A DNA stretch of 64,000 nt from Escherichia virus TH55. Below the pieces are notes generated by a model. That model was not told where the DNA came from. It saw only the letters and a program-made list of their open reading frames with translations, and searched no databases. Of the stretch, positions 43,817 through 54,557 are shown piece by piece. The stretch is from the sequence record MT446421.1, one strand, 5' to 3'. A program made the translations under genes and the position numbers. Positions within the stretch are counted from its first letter, which is position 1. Every line of letters starts with the position of its first letter.

Positions 43817-46800
43817 ATGATGAGTGTTAAAGCCCCTTATGTAACCAGCTTACGGATTGATAAACTATCTGCTAACCAGGTTAGCATAAAATGGGATAAT
43901 GTTGGCGCCAACTTTTATTATTTTGTTGAGATTGCTACGACAAAAGAAAATGGTGTTGCTATTCCAGAAGAAAATCTGTTATGGAGGAATTTAGGTTATA
44001 CTCCAGACAATGAATGGTTCGAACAAGATTTTATTCGTCCAGTATCATTTTACAAAATGCGTGTTGCTGTTGCAGCAATGGGTTTTGAACAATCTGATTG
44101 GGTTTATACCGAAGAATTTGAAACCTTTGCAACTAACGCATACACATTTGAGCACATGCGTGAATTTACATTAACAAATAAATTCATCGAAGAAAAATTT
44201 ACAAACAATAACCAAGCTTATATCAACTTTAATAATGATGCAATTATGGCATCGCTGATGTCTGAAGATTTTAGCTTTACTCCTGCGTATTCTCATTTGT
44301 CTTCAATTTCAAACTATGTATTAAAAGAAGACCAATACCACGAAATCCAGGGTAGCATTCAGCCGGTATGTAACGATGTTAATCGTACAATGATTGCTGA
44401 ACTCGGTGGCGTACTGTATTTGTTTGAACGATTCCAGACAACTGTCAAAGTCTCCAATGATAAAGGGCAGAACTGGTATTATGTAAAATTGTTTAATGAC
44501 CGTATCGGTAACCCAGTATCGCGCACAATTTATTATCAATCAGATACGACAACTTACGTACTCGGGTATGACCGAATTTTTTACGGCCGCAAATCAAGTG
44601 ACATAAGATGGTCTGCTGATGATGTTCGATTCAGTTCCCAGGATATAACATTTGCAAAAATTGGTTCGGATATCAATCTTGGATTTGATATTGAAATATT
44701 TGGCACATACGCAAGACTTCCTGCTTATATCTCGACAATTGCTGAAGCAATCACTACGACCGATTCCATGATTTACGTTGCCGGGCGCGACCGTGTGTAC
44801 AAAGCTAAATCTTCTGATGCTCCAATTGATAACGACCCCAACTCCCCAACATTCGGTGAAAAATTATTTGAAGCTGGATATAGCACAATAAGTGGTAATC
44901 CAAAAGCTGTTTGTTATAAGATGGATGCAATTGATGGTGAAGTATTTGCATTAATCACGGGGGAAGTAAAAGAAGAGCGACAAGACCCGACTAAACCTGA
45001 AAACGTTGTCGATTCGTTATCTAAGGGCGTTTATAAATTAAATGCTGACACCGATACATGGACACGAGTTTTTGGTAACACAGAGGATGAACGTCGACGT
45101 ATTGAACATGGTTACACAAGCATGTCAACCGACGGAATTGAACTTTTTATCAGTTCAAGTAACTTCCGTTATTCCGTAGAGCCGGATACTGAACTCCCTG
45201 CTAAGTATCCTGAAGAAGTTAATGAAGCAGTCAAATATGTGTATGACGAACAATGGATACATGACAAGCATTATTTGATGATGAGTTTTAGGTCGAATAA
45301 AGATTCAGGTTGGGAAGAGTTTAAACCTGGCCGTATGTCATATTACGCTGAACCGTTCTTTAACTGGTCTCGTCGTGATGATACTCGTTGTTGGATTACT
45401 ACGTCAGACAGAGCTCTGGTTGTATATAATGACATGCTGTATCAAAAGATTATCGATACCTTTGGTGGTTCATCCCCTGAACGTATTGTACACGAATACT
45501 GGAATAAAGGTCAAGTAAAAGTTACTTCTCCTAACATCGAATTCAATGGCTTTAAAAAATACGCCTCGGGTATTATGTTACACAAAAATACTGGAGAGCT
45601 TATTGGCTATTTTGAATTTGACTATCGTAGGCGTGATGAAGTTAGATTAATCTGGAAACCGAAAGAAGTTATGTTCACTGCAGAATTACAGAACCAGGAA
45701 CATGATATTCCATGGACACCAGATAATGACGAACAAGAGAAAGACCCAGACTTGCGTCCTCTTTTAACAAAGATGGTTCCAGATAGTTATTTGCTCCAGG
45801 ATAGCAACTTTGAAAAATTCTGTGAATATTATTTGCAGTTTATCAGTGATGGCTCTGGTACATATTATAACAACCTTTTGAACTTAATTCGCAACCAGTA
45901 CCCGCGCGAGGAAGATGCATGGGAATACCTTTGGAGCGAAATGTACAAAAGAAATATATATTTGTCAAAGACCAAGCGTGACGAAGTAGTTCGTTTCTTT
46001 GAAGCAAGACAGTCTGATTTTTGGGCCACTAAGGGTACTGAAGCATCCTATAAATTTTTGTTCAAATTGTTATATAATGAAGACGTTGAAATCGATATTG
46101 AATCCAAGAACGGAACCGAGTATGACATAATCGTCGAATCTGATAACATCAGCGAAGATATTGTTGGACAAACAATTTACACACCAACTGGTCGCAGTAA
46201 CGTTACTTATATGGAACGTGACTACAAACAGGGTAAATTGAGATGGCGTATCACGATTCATAACTTACTTGGTCGCTTTATTGTTGGGCAAGAAATTAAA
46301 TCCGAAAGGACTTCCTTTGAAGGTATGATTGTTCAGGGTGTTCGTGGGAAAGAATTACTTAGCAACAACATCGATTATATCAACCGAAATCGTTCTTACT
46401 ATGTAATGACCATTAAATCAAGTCTCCCAACATCTCGTTATCGTAATGACGTATTGCGATTTGTTCATCCGGTTGGATTTGGATTCGTTGGAATTACATT
46501 ATTGACAATGTTTGTTAATGCTGGTCTGTCATTAAAACATACCGAAACTATTATCAATAAACTGAACAACTATCGTTGGTCGTCAGGTATTCCGTCAGAA
46601 TGGTGCGACCGTATCGCAGTTATTGGGGCCGATGGAAACATTGAGCGTAGTCCTGTTACAGGTGAAGCGGTATATAATATTGCTCCTAATGCAGGTTTAC
46701 CATTCCCATTACCAGCAGATTATGATGCCGAAAACGATTTTTCAGATTTTCATGGGACTCTCCCGTCTGAACGTCGTAAAAAATACAGTCCATTGTTTGA

Positions 46801-46915
46801 CCAGTCTGCCGTGACTTTTGCTAACTGGCGCAATTTGGTTAATCAACGTCTTAAGGATGATATTGGTAATCCACGCGACCCGAAAGAACCCACACAGGTA
46901 AAGGTAAATGAATAA
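43817..46915 (+). CDS. 7: baseplate wedge protein gp7
   Basis: Start at ATG 43817 (SD AAGGA) gives 1032 aa, the T4 gp7 length; ORF-track frame starts earlier inside gene 6. Confidence 0.85.
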   Translation: MMSVKAPYVTSLRIDKLSANQVSIKWDNVGANFYYFVEIATTKENGVAIPEENLLWRNLGYTPDNEWFEQDFIRPVSFYKMRVAVAAMGFEQSDWVYTEEFETFATNAYTFEHMREFTLTNKFIEEKFTNNNQAYINFNNDAIMASLMSEDFSFTPAYSHLSSISNYVLKEDQYHEIQGSIQPVCNDVNRTMIAELGGVLYLFERFQTTVKVSNDKGQNWYYVKLFNDRIGNPVSRTIYYQSDTTTYVLGYDRIFYGRKSSDIRWSADDVRFSSQDITFAKIGSDINLGFDIEIFGTYARLPAYISTIAEAITTTDSMIYVAGRDRVYKAKSSDAPIDNDPNSPTFGEKLFEAGYSTISGNPKAVCYKMDAIDGEVFALITGEVKEERQDPTKPENVVDSLSKGVYKLNADTDTWTRVFGNTEDERRRIEHGYTSMSTDGIELFISSSNFRYSVEPDTELPAKYPEEVNEAVKYVYDEQWIHDKHYLMMSFRSNKDSGWEEFKPGRMSYYAEPFFNWSRRDDTRCWITTSDRALVVYNDMLYQKIIDTFGGSSPERIVHEYWNKGQVKVTSPNIEFNGFKKYASGIMLHKNTGELIGYFEFDYRRRDEVRLIWKPKEVMFTAELQNQEHDIPWTPDNDEQEKDPDLRPLLTKMVPDSYLLQDSNFEKFCEYYLQFISDGSGTYYNNLLNLIRNQYPREEDAWEYLWSEMYKRNIYLSKTKRDEVVRFFEARQSDFWATKGTEASYKFLFKLLYNEDVEIDIESKNGTEYDIIVESDNISEDIVGQTIYTPTGRSNVTYMERDYKQGKLRWRITIHNLLGRFIVGQEIKSERTSFEGMIVQGVRGKELLSNNIDYINRNRSYYVMTIKSSLPTSRYRNDVLRFVHPVGFGFVGITLLTMFVNAGLSLKHTETIINKLNNYRWSSGIPSEWCDRIAVIGADGNIERSPVTGEAVYNIAPNAGLPFPLPADYDAENDFSDFHGTLPSERRKKYSPLFDQSAVTFANWRNLVNQRLKDDIGNPRDPKEPTQVKVNE

Positions 46916-47912
46916 TTCATCTGTAGTTTATCGTTCGATAATTACCTCGAAATTTCGAACTGAAAAAATGTATAACTTTTATAAAATGATTGGTAACGAG
47001 CCTGACCAGAATACGATGTATGTAACATTCGGTCGGGCTGAACCCTGGGCTTCGAATGAGAATGACCCGGGGTTCGCCCCTCCTTATCCGGTTGATACAG
47101 CACAAGGTGTTGAAGATACTTGGACCAATATGATGGGGGCAGTCAAAGTTTATAAGTCAATGCTTGATTGTGTTGTCCCACGTAAAGACTGGGGCGATAT
47201 CAGATATCCTAATCCGCTTAACTTCCAGGTAGGGGAAATTGTTGTAGCTAACAGTGCTCCATATAACCGAACTGATGTTGGTAAAGGTTGGATGGTTTAT
47301 CGTTGCGTGGATGTTCCTGATGTTGGGACTTGCTCCATTTATTCCATTATCAATAAAGAAGAGTGCTTAAAACTCGGTGGTAAATGGACGGCAGAATATA
47401 ACTCGACGAGAGCTCCAGCAGGGACTGGCGACACTGAAGGACGAGTTGATATGGGCGATGGTTATCTCTGGGAATATTTGTATGAGATTCCGCCTGATGT
47501 ATCCATCAACCGTTGTACTAACGAATATATTGTTGTTCCATGGCCTGAAGAAATCGAAGAAGACCCGTCACGCTGGGGTTACAAAGATAATATCAGCTGG
47601 CAACAAGATGATTTCGGTTTAATATATAGAATCAAAGGATATACAATCAGATTTAAAGCATTTATGGATTCCATTTACTTCCCGGAATTCAGTCTCCCGG
47701 GAAACAAAGGCTTCCGACAGCTGTCGATTATATCCAACCCACTTGAAGTTAAAGTACATCCTAATGACCCAAATATCAAAGCAATCAAAGAATACTACGA
47801 TGCAATTGATTTGGACCGTCATTCTGGGGAAATGATTTATATGGAAAACCGCCCACCAATTATTCGTGCAATGGACCAGACAGAAGAAGTTAACATTATT
47901 TTTGAATTCTAA
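46908..47912 (+). CDS. 8: baseplate wedge protein gp8
   Basis: 334 aa (same as T4 gp8); overlaps gp7 end; terminator and late promoter follow. Confidence 0.85.
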   Translation: MNNSSVVYRSIITSKFRTEKMYNFYKMIGNEPDQNTMYVTFGRAEPWASNENDPGFAPPYPVDTAQGVEDTWTNMMGAVKVYKSMLDCVVPRKDWGDIRYPNPLNFQVGEIVVANSAPYNRTDVGKGWMVYRCVDVPDVGTCSIYSIINKEECLKLGGKWTAEYNSTRAPAGTGDTEGRVDMGDGYLWEYLYEIPPDVSINRCTNEYIVVPWPEEIEEDPSRWGYKDNISWQQDDFGLIYRIKGYTIRFKAFMDSIYFPEFSLPGNKGFRQLSIISNPLEVKVHPNDPNIKAIKEYYDAIDLDRHSGEMIYMENRPPIIRAMDQTEEVNIIFEF

Positions 47913-47915
47913 CTA

Positions 47916-47937
47916 GGGACCTTCGGGTCCCTTTTTT
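47916..47937 (+). terminator. rho-independent terminator after gene 8
   Basis: GGGACC-UUCG-GGUCCC followed by U6. Confidence 0.7.
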
Positions 47938-47941
47938 ATTC

Positions 47942-47949
47942 TATAAATA
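47942..47949 (+). promoter_or_regulatory. late promoter TATAAATA (gene 9)
   Basis: Exact consensus between terminator 47916-47937 and gene 9 start. Confidence 0.65.
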
Positions 47950-47976
47950 TAGCTATATCAATAACGAGGCTTACCT

Positions 47977-48846
47977 ATGATTAATCAAACCCCAAAATTA
48001 TTAGTAGACATCGGCGAGATTGGTAACGCTAGCACCGGTGATATTCTATATGAAGGCGGTCGTAAACTGAACGTGGATTTAGACAGTTTGTATAATACAT
48101 TTGGCGACCAACGTCTGTACTCTGTGAACAATGGAGAAAACACCCAGGTCCTTCATGCGACTGGGTACTATCAAAAAGCTACAAATATCATCGAATGGAA
48201 CTCAACTGTTGCTCTCGGTTCTATGCGTGATGTCAATACTGCCGAAGGTGTTATCACCGCAAGAATTGCAAAAGGTAAAGCAGGCGAAGGTGTTATCTTT
48301 ATTAACTCCAATGGTTCATTATCTACCTCGATGCCTCTGGAAGTTGAACTACAAGGCACGGATTCATTCCTGACCGCTGCAACGAACAAAATGAAATTTA
48401 CTCAGCCTTATACAAAAATTACATTGTGGTGTATTGACGATGCTAACGGCGTAGGGACCTGGGACTACAAAATTGAAAGTATGTTTGGTAACCAATCTGT
48501 ATTGCTCGACAAAACATACAATATGAGCTCGGTTGTTCGTGATATTCCAATCGCTTACCGCGCAGATTATAAAACTATCAAATTGATGCTTACGGCTATT
48601 TCAACAGACGAAACTAAATACAAAGCATCAGAAATGTTACTTTACATCGACCTTAAGGACCGCAAGGTATATAGCACAGAATACGCTGTAATCAGACGTG
48701 GACAAGCTAACGACGATGATGAGATATATGCTATCGATTTTAGAATTGATAACCAGGACATCATACAGGCGGCTATAAGCTCACCCACTGCCATGAAGCT
48801 CGCTATTAAAGTAATTTCCGCCCAAACAATCGGAGTACCGGTATAA
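47977..48846 (+). CDS. 9: baseplate wedge / long-tail-fibre socket protein gp9
   Basis: 289 aa; late promoter 47942-47949 upstream. Confidence 0.85.
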   Translation: MINQTPKLLVDIGEIGNASTGDILYEGGRKLNVDLDSLYNTFGDQRLYSVNNGENTQVLHATGYYQKATNIIEWNSTVALGSMRDVNTAEGVITARIAKGKAGEGVIFINSNGSLSTSMPLEVELQGTDSFLTAATNKMKFTQPYTKITLWCIDDANGVGTWDYKIESMFGNQSVLLDKTYNMSSVVRDIPIAYRADYKTIKLMLTAISTDETKYKASEMLLYIDLKDRKVYSTEYAVIRRGQANDDDEIYAIDFRIDNQDIIQAAISSPTAMKLAIKVISAQTIGVPV

Positions 48847-50657
48847 TGAAACAGAATTTAAAAATTGGCAATATGGTTGATGATGGTACTGGTGATTACC
48901 TTCGTCTCGGCGGTCAAAAAATAAATAATAACTTTGATGACCTTTATTATCAGCTAGGGGACGGTGAAAATCCCCATGCAGCTGGTGCATGGAAAACTTG
49001 GACTACGCAAGAAGGTACCGAGTTGTCCGCTGTTATGGGCCGAAGCTATACCATCGATACATCAGCGGGTGCCGTTCGAGTCGTCCTTCCGAAAGGAACA
49101 ACTCAAGAATACAATTATGTAATTCGCTTGCGTGATGTGTTTGCTACCTGGCAAATCAACCCGGTGACAATTGTTCCTGCAGTCGGGGATACGATTAAAG
49201 GCTCACCGAATCCAGTAGAAATTAAACGCAACTTAGCTGACCTTGAACTTGTATATTGTTCACCAGGTCGTTGGGAATATATCGATAATAAACAAGTCGA
49301 TAAAATTTCAAATAACGACGTTGCCACAGTTGCATCCCAACAGTTTATTGCCACCGAAGGACAAACTGACTTTATCAATGTGTTTGGTGCTATTCCATAT
49401 AGCGTATCGAACTTAGAAGTCAAACATCGTGGTAACGACCTGTTTTATGGTAAAGATGATATTTTTGACCCGGTGAATGCTGAATTTGGTTCCCCTGGTG
49501 CAAACCCTGGTGAAATCGTTGCGCTTGATGGTAAAAGCATCCGTCTGAAAATGCCATGTGCTGAAGGTGATACTGTTATCATCCGAACATTTAATGATGG
49601 TATTGCTCAATGGCGTAGTTCGTATAATCGTCGTGATATACTTGTTCGTAGTCAAGACAGGACCAAAGAAACAACAATTAATGGTTCTTTGATTGTTACA
49701 GATTTGACAACCAAACACACCTTTACAATTGAAGAACTTGGTATTTCTCCTGGTAGCCCAATTAACCCAAACGCATGTCAGGTATTCATTAACAGTATTT
49801 TGCAACATCAAGCTGGTACTGCGGGAACTCCAGTATTTTATTGTGAAGGTGCACAAGGTTCTACTGCTGCAGAATGTAGTGCAAATGGTGGTAGCTGGTC
49901 TGAATCAAACCAGGATTATTTGCTGCAATTTGATGATGATAACCGTATCGAAGGCATTAGCATTTACCGTGAATTTGAAGACGGTGATATTCTGTCAGTC
50001 ATTTGGTACAATAACGATATCGGCACAACTATGACCATGGATGAAATCCGTGATGAGACTGATACTCTTTATGTTTCTCAGGGAAATACGTTGAGCCTAA
50101 CCGGTCGTGTGCGTATTACAGATTTTGATAATCCGTTTGCACCAAACGTTGAACCAGTCGGTCTTCAGGAAGTTGTTCCATCTTCTGTTGGCGTTATCTT
50201 TGAATTATTCTATCCGGTCGGTACAATTTACGAAAATACGGTTAACCCAAATAACCCGGTTACTTATATGGGATTTGGTTCATGGAAACGTTTGAAAGAA
50301 CGTGTAATTGTTGCCTGGTCAGACGACCCTGCCTCAAACTTCCATACAAACAATAATGACCTGGATTCTGGTGGTAACCCACAAGCGACAGCAGGTGGTA
50401 CAGGTGGTAGCGTTGAAGTTCATATTAAAGATATAAACGTACCTAAACTTGAAACTGATGAGAAGGTTTTAGTTGTTGATGATAATGGCCCGATTGTTGT
50501 CGGTGGTTGTCAGGTAGACCCAGATGCACAAGGTCCAGCCTATACCAAATACAGAGAAGACAAAGCCACCATTAATCAGGCGCAAGACCCTCAAGCTCAA
50601 CCGGTTTATACAATGCCTCCATATTTGATTGCTCATCGCTGGGTAAGGATTGCTTAA
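48846..50657 (+). CDS. 10: baseplate wedge / short-tail-fibre attachment protein gp10
   Basis: 603 aa (T4 gp10 about 602); ATGA coupling. Confidence 0.85.
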   Translation: MKQNLKIGNMVDDGTGDYLRLGGQKINNNFDDLYYQLGDGENPHAAGAWKTWTTQEGTELSAVMGRSYTIDTSAGAVRVVLPKGTTQEYNYVIRLRDVFATWQINPVTIVPAVGDTIKGSPNPVEIKRNLADLELVYCSPGRWEYIDNKQVDKISNNDVATVASQQFIATEGQTDFINVFGAIPYSVSNLEVKHRGNDLFYGKDDIFDPVNAEFGSPGANPGEIVALDGKSIRLKMPCAEGDTVIIRTFNDGIAQWRSSYNRRDILVRSQDRTKETTINGSLIVTDLTTKHTFTIEELGISPGSPINPNACQVFINSILQHQAGTAGTPVFYCEGAQGSTAAECSANGGSWSESNQDYLLQFDDDNRIEGISIYREFEDGDILSVIWYNNDIGTTMTMDEIRDETDTLYVSQGNTLSLTGRVRITDFDNPFAPNVEPVGLQEVVPSSVGVIFELFYPVGTIYENTVNPNNPVTYMGFGSWKRLKERVIVAWSDDPASNFHTNNNDLDSGGNPQATAGGTGGSVEVHIKDINVPKLETDEKVLVVDDNGPIVVGGCQVDPDAQGPAYTKYREDKATINQAQDPQAQPVYTMPPYLIAHRWVRIA

Positions 50658-51322
50658 TGAAAACATTAACGAATAAAAAGGCTGGAGTAATTTCCCGCCT
50701 TGCTAGTTGCTTAGAATTTCAAAATACATCAAAAAATATTACGGCTGTCATGGGTCAACGAGCAATCGGCGGCCCATCCGCAACACAAACAACCGAAGGT
50801 ATTTTTTATCCAACAGTTCAGAGCGCAATAGATGATATTGCGTTTCGATATGAGCTTCCGGTTGGCAGTGTAATTACTAATACGAATAACCTTTCTCCTG
50901 CAGCAATCAGTCAGTCGGATAAAATTAAATTTACCGGGTCTATTTCTGGTGCTGGGGTTGGTGATACTGTTTTATTTTTCATTTTTGGTATTCCAGTTGA
51001 GGTTATTGTCGGGGATTCGGCTGTATTAGTTGCTTCCAAGGTTAACGATGCTTTGCTGGCGGCTGTTGCTGATAGTTTAATTGTGTCAAGCTCTGCAATT
51101 GATAGTGTAGACCAGTCTATATTAAATATTACATATAACGACTATCAAAACCATAATTTTGCACCTTTTGCTCAATATGGTTGTACGCTTAGCCAGACTA
51201 TTATACAGCAACCGCGCGGTGGTTATGGTTCCTGGGAATATCTTGGAACTTCAACCCAGACATTATCAGGTGGCACAGCAGATGGCGCAATTTCACTTTA
51301 CCATTATAAGCGAGTATCGTAA
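50657..51322 (+). CDS. 11: baseplate wedge protein gp11
   Basis: 221 aa; synteny 10-11-12. Confidence 0.85.
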   Translation: MKTLTNKKAGVISRLASCLEFQNTSKNITAVMGQRAIGGPSATQTTEGIFYPTVQSAIDDIAFRYELPVGSVITNTNNLSPAAISQSDKIKFTGSISGAGVGDTVLFFIFGIPVEVIVGDSAVLVASKVNDALLAAVADSLIVSSSAIDSVDQSILNITYNDYQNHNFAPFAQYGCTLSQTIIQQPRGGYGSWEYLGTSTQTLSGGTADGAISLYHYKRVS

Positions 51323-52872
51323 TGACAACGACTAACACGCTAAAACACATTAGCGATAAATCCGAATATAAAACATTCGACCCGACGGGAACAGCTTTCC
51401 CGTCGACTGTTACCAACGTGCAAGAGGCTTTAGGGTCTCTTAATAAAATTGCGTTAGATGGATATATCCCAGCCTCATCCGAAACGACCGCAGGACTCAT
51501 CAGGCTAGCCACCACACAAGAAGTTATTGATGGTATTAGTCCAGACTCTGCAGTTACTCCAGCGACCTTAAAAGCTCGTTTAGACATTCCTACGCAAGCT
51601 ACAGAAACTTATGTAGGTATTACCCGTTATGCAACCAATGCCGAAGCAATTGCCGGGACAGTAACCGATGCAGCTATTGTTCCATCTTCATTAAAAGCAA
51701 CAATTGATGATGTTTTTACTGTTCGTGTTGGTACTGAAAATAACCTGGGTGTTCTTCGTATTAGTACCGAGGATGCAGCTTTAGCTGGCACAGATGACAC
51801 AACCGCTATGTCTCCGTTGAAAGTTGCTCTGGCAATTGGCAAAGCAACAGCGGCGCTTCCAACTTATTCAACTGCCACACAAACTGTTTCTGGTTTAGTA
51901 CGAATTGCTACAAATGCTGAAGTGCAAGCAGGAACCCTGGGTGACGGTGTAGCAATTTCTCCAGCAGGTTTAAATGCTCGTACAGCAACACAAGACCGCG
52001 CTGGGATTATTCGTCTTGGTAATCAGTCAGAGATTAATAACAGTGCTGATGGTGTTGCGGTAACTGGCGCAACTCTTAATGGTCGTGGAGCCACAACCGA
52101 TAATCGCGGCGTCGTTAGATTAACTACTCAGGCTGGGGTTGCTCCTGGTGGTGATGGTGCCGGTGCACTGGCTTGGAATGCTGATGTAATCAACACTCGC
52201 GGTGGTCAACGAATTAATGGAAGTCTTTCTTTAGATTATATTTCCACCGGCAATTTTGATTCCAATACAGCTCATATGGGCGGTCAATTACTTTCTACAC
52301 AGCGTTATGCTTCTGAACGGGTTCCAGTTGGAACGGTGATGATGTTCGCAGGTGATAGTGCTCCTCCTGGCTGGATTATGTGTCACGGCGGCACCGTTAA
52401 TGGTGACCAATTCCCTGACTATCGAAATACTGTTGGAACTCGTTTCGGTGGCGATTGGACCAACGTCGGTATTCCTGATATGCGTGGTTTGTTTGTTCGT
52501 GGTGCTGGTACCGGTGGACATATTCTGAATAACCGCGGTCAAGATGGTTATGGCAAAGACCGTTTGGGTGTTGGTTGTGATGGTTCATGGGTCGGTGGTG
52601 TACAAGCTCAGCAAATGTCATATCATAAACACGCGGGTGGTTGGGGTGAATACCAACGTAACGAAGCTCCATTTGGTGCATCAGTTTATCAAGGTTATCT
52701 GGGTACAAGAAAATATGCAGACTGGGATAACGCTTCATATTTTACTAACGATGGATTTGAACTCGGTGGCGGCAGAGATGCTTTAGGTACGTTAAACCGT
52801 GAAGGTCTTATTGGTTATGAAACTCGCCCATGGAATATGTCTTTAAACTATATTATCAAAATTCATTACTAA
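51322..52872 (+). CDS. 12: short tail fibre protein gp12
   Basis: 516 aa; repetitive beta-rich N-terminus, His-rich C-terminal head domain (HKHAGGWGEYQ). Confidence 0.85.
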   Translation: MTTTNTLKHISDKSEYKTFDPTGTAFPSTVTNVQEALGSLNKIALDGYIPASSETTAGLIRLATTQEVIDGISPDSAVTPATLKARLDIPTQATETYVGITRYATNAEAIAGTVTDAAIVPSSLKATIDDVFTVRVGTENNLGVLRISTEDAALAGTDDTTAMSPLKVALAIGKATAALPTYSTATQTVSGLVRIATNAEVQAGTLGDGVAISPAGLNARTATQDRAGIIRLGNQSEINNSADGVAVTGATLNGRGATTDNRGVVRLTTQAGVAPGGDGAGALAWNADVINTRGGQRINGSLSLDYISTGNFDSNTAHMGGQLLSTQRYASERVPVGTVMMFAGDSAPPGWIMCHGGTVNGDQFPDYRNTVGTRFGGDWTNVGIPDMRGLFVRGAGTGGHILNNRGQDGYGKDRLGVGCDGSWVGGVQAQQMSYHKHAGGWGEYQRNEAPFGASVYQGYLGTRKYADWDNASYFTNDGFELGGGRDALGTLNREGLIGYETRPWNMSLNYIIKIHY

Positions 52873-52880
52873 GGACCAAA

Positions 52881-54506
52881 ATGATTAATAAACTCAGTCT
52901 CAAAGAACTGCCGTATAGCATCGGTATTCCAGACGAAGGTCAACAGAGAATTCGTTGGATACAAAACGGCGATTGTATGACTGCGGCCAGTACCAAATAT
53001 GGTCATGATGGTAATTTGAACGCCGCTGCAGTTGGCGTTCAAACAAACGTAGATACACTCGACGACAACTCAAATGCATCTAAAGAAAAAATAAACGAAA
53101 TTATTGATAACGTCAATAATATTCAGGAAGCTTTGAATATAACAACTAACACGGAAGTTGTTAAACAAATTGAAAAAAACCGTACGGATATTCTTGACCT
53201 TGATGAACGTCAATTTAATACCGAATTGTTATCAAGCGAAACATCTGAAGACCTTAAAAAGTTAAAAGAAGATGTTGGTGTTTATGACCCGTTAACCGAT
53301 TCATATTATCGCACAGTTCGTAATGACCTCGTATGGATTAAAAATGAATTAGGCCAGTATGTTGACCAAGATATAAATGGTCTCCAGGTTATCGGCAATC
53401 CGTCAAAAGGCATGAAACGCCGCATCATCGATAACAGTTCGGCTATTGTTGCTCATGGAGTTCGTATTAAGACTCTTGAAGATAACTATCATGATTCTGA
53501 TGTTGGTTCTCTTAACGTAAAAGTAATTAAAATTCGTGAAGAATTAGGTGAGTCTACTTTAGCAACAGGTAAACCGGCTGTATTTGTTCGACTGAATACT
53601 CTTGATGGTAAAGCAGTTGAAATTGACGAAGATATTGCCAACATTCAAGAAGCTATTGGTTTTGGTACCGGACTTGCAATTACAACTCGCGTTGAAAATC
53701 TTGGTGGACGTGTTTCGGTCAATGAAACAGATATTGTGGATATCAAACCAAGACTTGCTAAGGTTGAAGCTGATATCGGCACCGCTCTGGAACCGTTAAC
53801 AATTAATGGTCGAATCAGTGCTTTGCGTTCGGATGTTAATGGCTTACAGGTTGTTGTTGGCCAGGATTCAAGCTCTGGTTTACGCGGAACCACTGCATGG
53901 CTTTCTCAGAGAATCGGTACAGAGCAATCTCCGGAGCCAAACACTATCACGTATAAGTTGAATGCGACCACTACACTGGCTAACGAAACTGCATCAGGCC
54001 TTCAGGATGTACAGGCCGAAATCGGTACAAATAACACTGGTATGAAAGGCTCTATTTTGACTTTAACTAGCCAGATGAATGGTACAAACCCTAACGGTGC
54101 TACCGTGGCTGAACGTGGTGTTCTTCCGGTTGTAATTAACTTGGATATGCTGATGGCGTCCAAGCTGAACGACGCACCATTGGACAATAAGTTATATGGT
54201 CGCAAGCAAGGAAACTGGACTGAAATTATCGATACCAGAACCGAGATTGATGCAATTAAACTCGATACTGCAAAAATTGCACCATTAACCACTCGCGTGA
54301 CAACCCTTGAAGGTACAGTAACTCCGCTCCCTGGTCGCCTGGATGCGGCCGAGGCGAAGATAACTACTTTAGAAGGTAAAGTATCAGCCTTAGAAACAGA
54401 GCTCGCCAAAAGGCCTCCTGTCGCTCCTGCAGCTGATGGTCTCCCTTATGTGCTCGTTGATAATGCATGGGTTCTTTTGTCTACATTCGTGACTGTTGGA
54501 CCATAA
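52881..54506 (+). CDS. wac: fibritin (whisker antigen control)
   Basis: Start at ATG 52881 (SD AAGGA) gives 541 aa; N-terminus LPYSIGIPDEGQQRIRWIQNG and C-terminal foldon-like DGLPYVLVDNAWVLLSTF resemble T4 fibritin. Confidence 0.85.
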   Translation: MINKLSLKELPYSIGIPDEGQQRIRWIQNGDCMTAASTKYGHDGNLNAAAVGVQTNVDTLDDNSNASKEKINEIIDNVNNIQEALNITTNTEVVKQIEKNRTDILDLDERQFNTELLSSETSEDLKKLKEDVGVYDPLTDSYYRTVRNDLVWIKNELGQYVDQDINGLQVIGNPSKGMKRRIIDNSSAIVAHGVRIKTLEDNYHDSDVGSLNVKVIKIREELGESTLATGKPAVFVRLNTLDGKAVEIDEDIANIQEAIGFGTGLAITTRVENLGGRVSVNETDIVDIKPRLAKVEADIGTALEPLTINGRISALRSDVNGLQVVVGQDSSSGLRGTTAWLSQRIGTEQSPEPNTITYKLNATTTLANETASGLQDVQAEIGTNNTGMKGSILTLTSQMNGTNPNGATVAERGVLPVVINLDMLMASKLNDAPLDNKLYGRKQGNWTEIIDTRTEIDAIKLDTAKIAPLTTRVTTLEGTVTPLPGRLDAAEAKITTLEGKVSALETELAKRPPVAPAADGLPYVLVDNAWVLLSTFVTVGP

Positions 54507-54509
54507 CAA

Positions 54510-54529
54510 AAGGGCTTCGGCCCTTTTTT
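54510..54529 (+). terminator. rho-independent terminator after wac
   Basis: AAGGGC-UUCG-GCCCUU followed by U-run. Confidence 0.7.
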
Positions 54530-54531
54530 CG

Positions 54532-54539
54532 TATAAATA
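54532..54539 (+). promoter_or_regulatory. late promoter TATAAATA (gene 13)
   Basis: Exact consensus directly after terminator 54510-54529. Confidence 0.65.
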
Positions 54540-54557
54540 CAGTAAAGAGGAAAACAT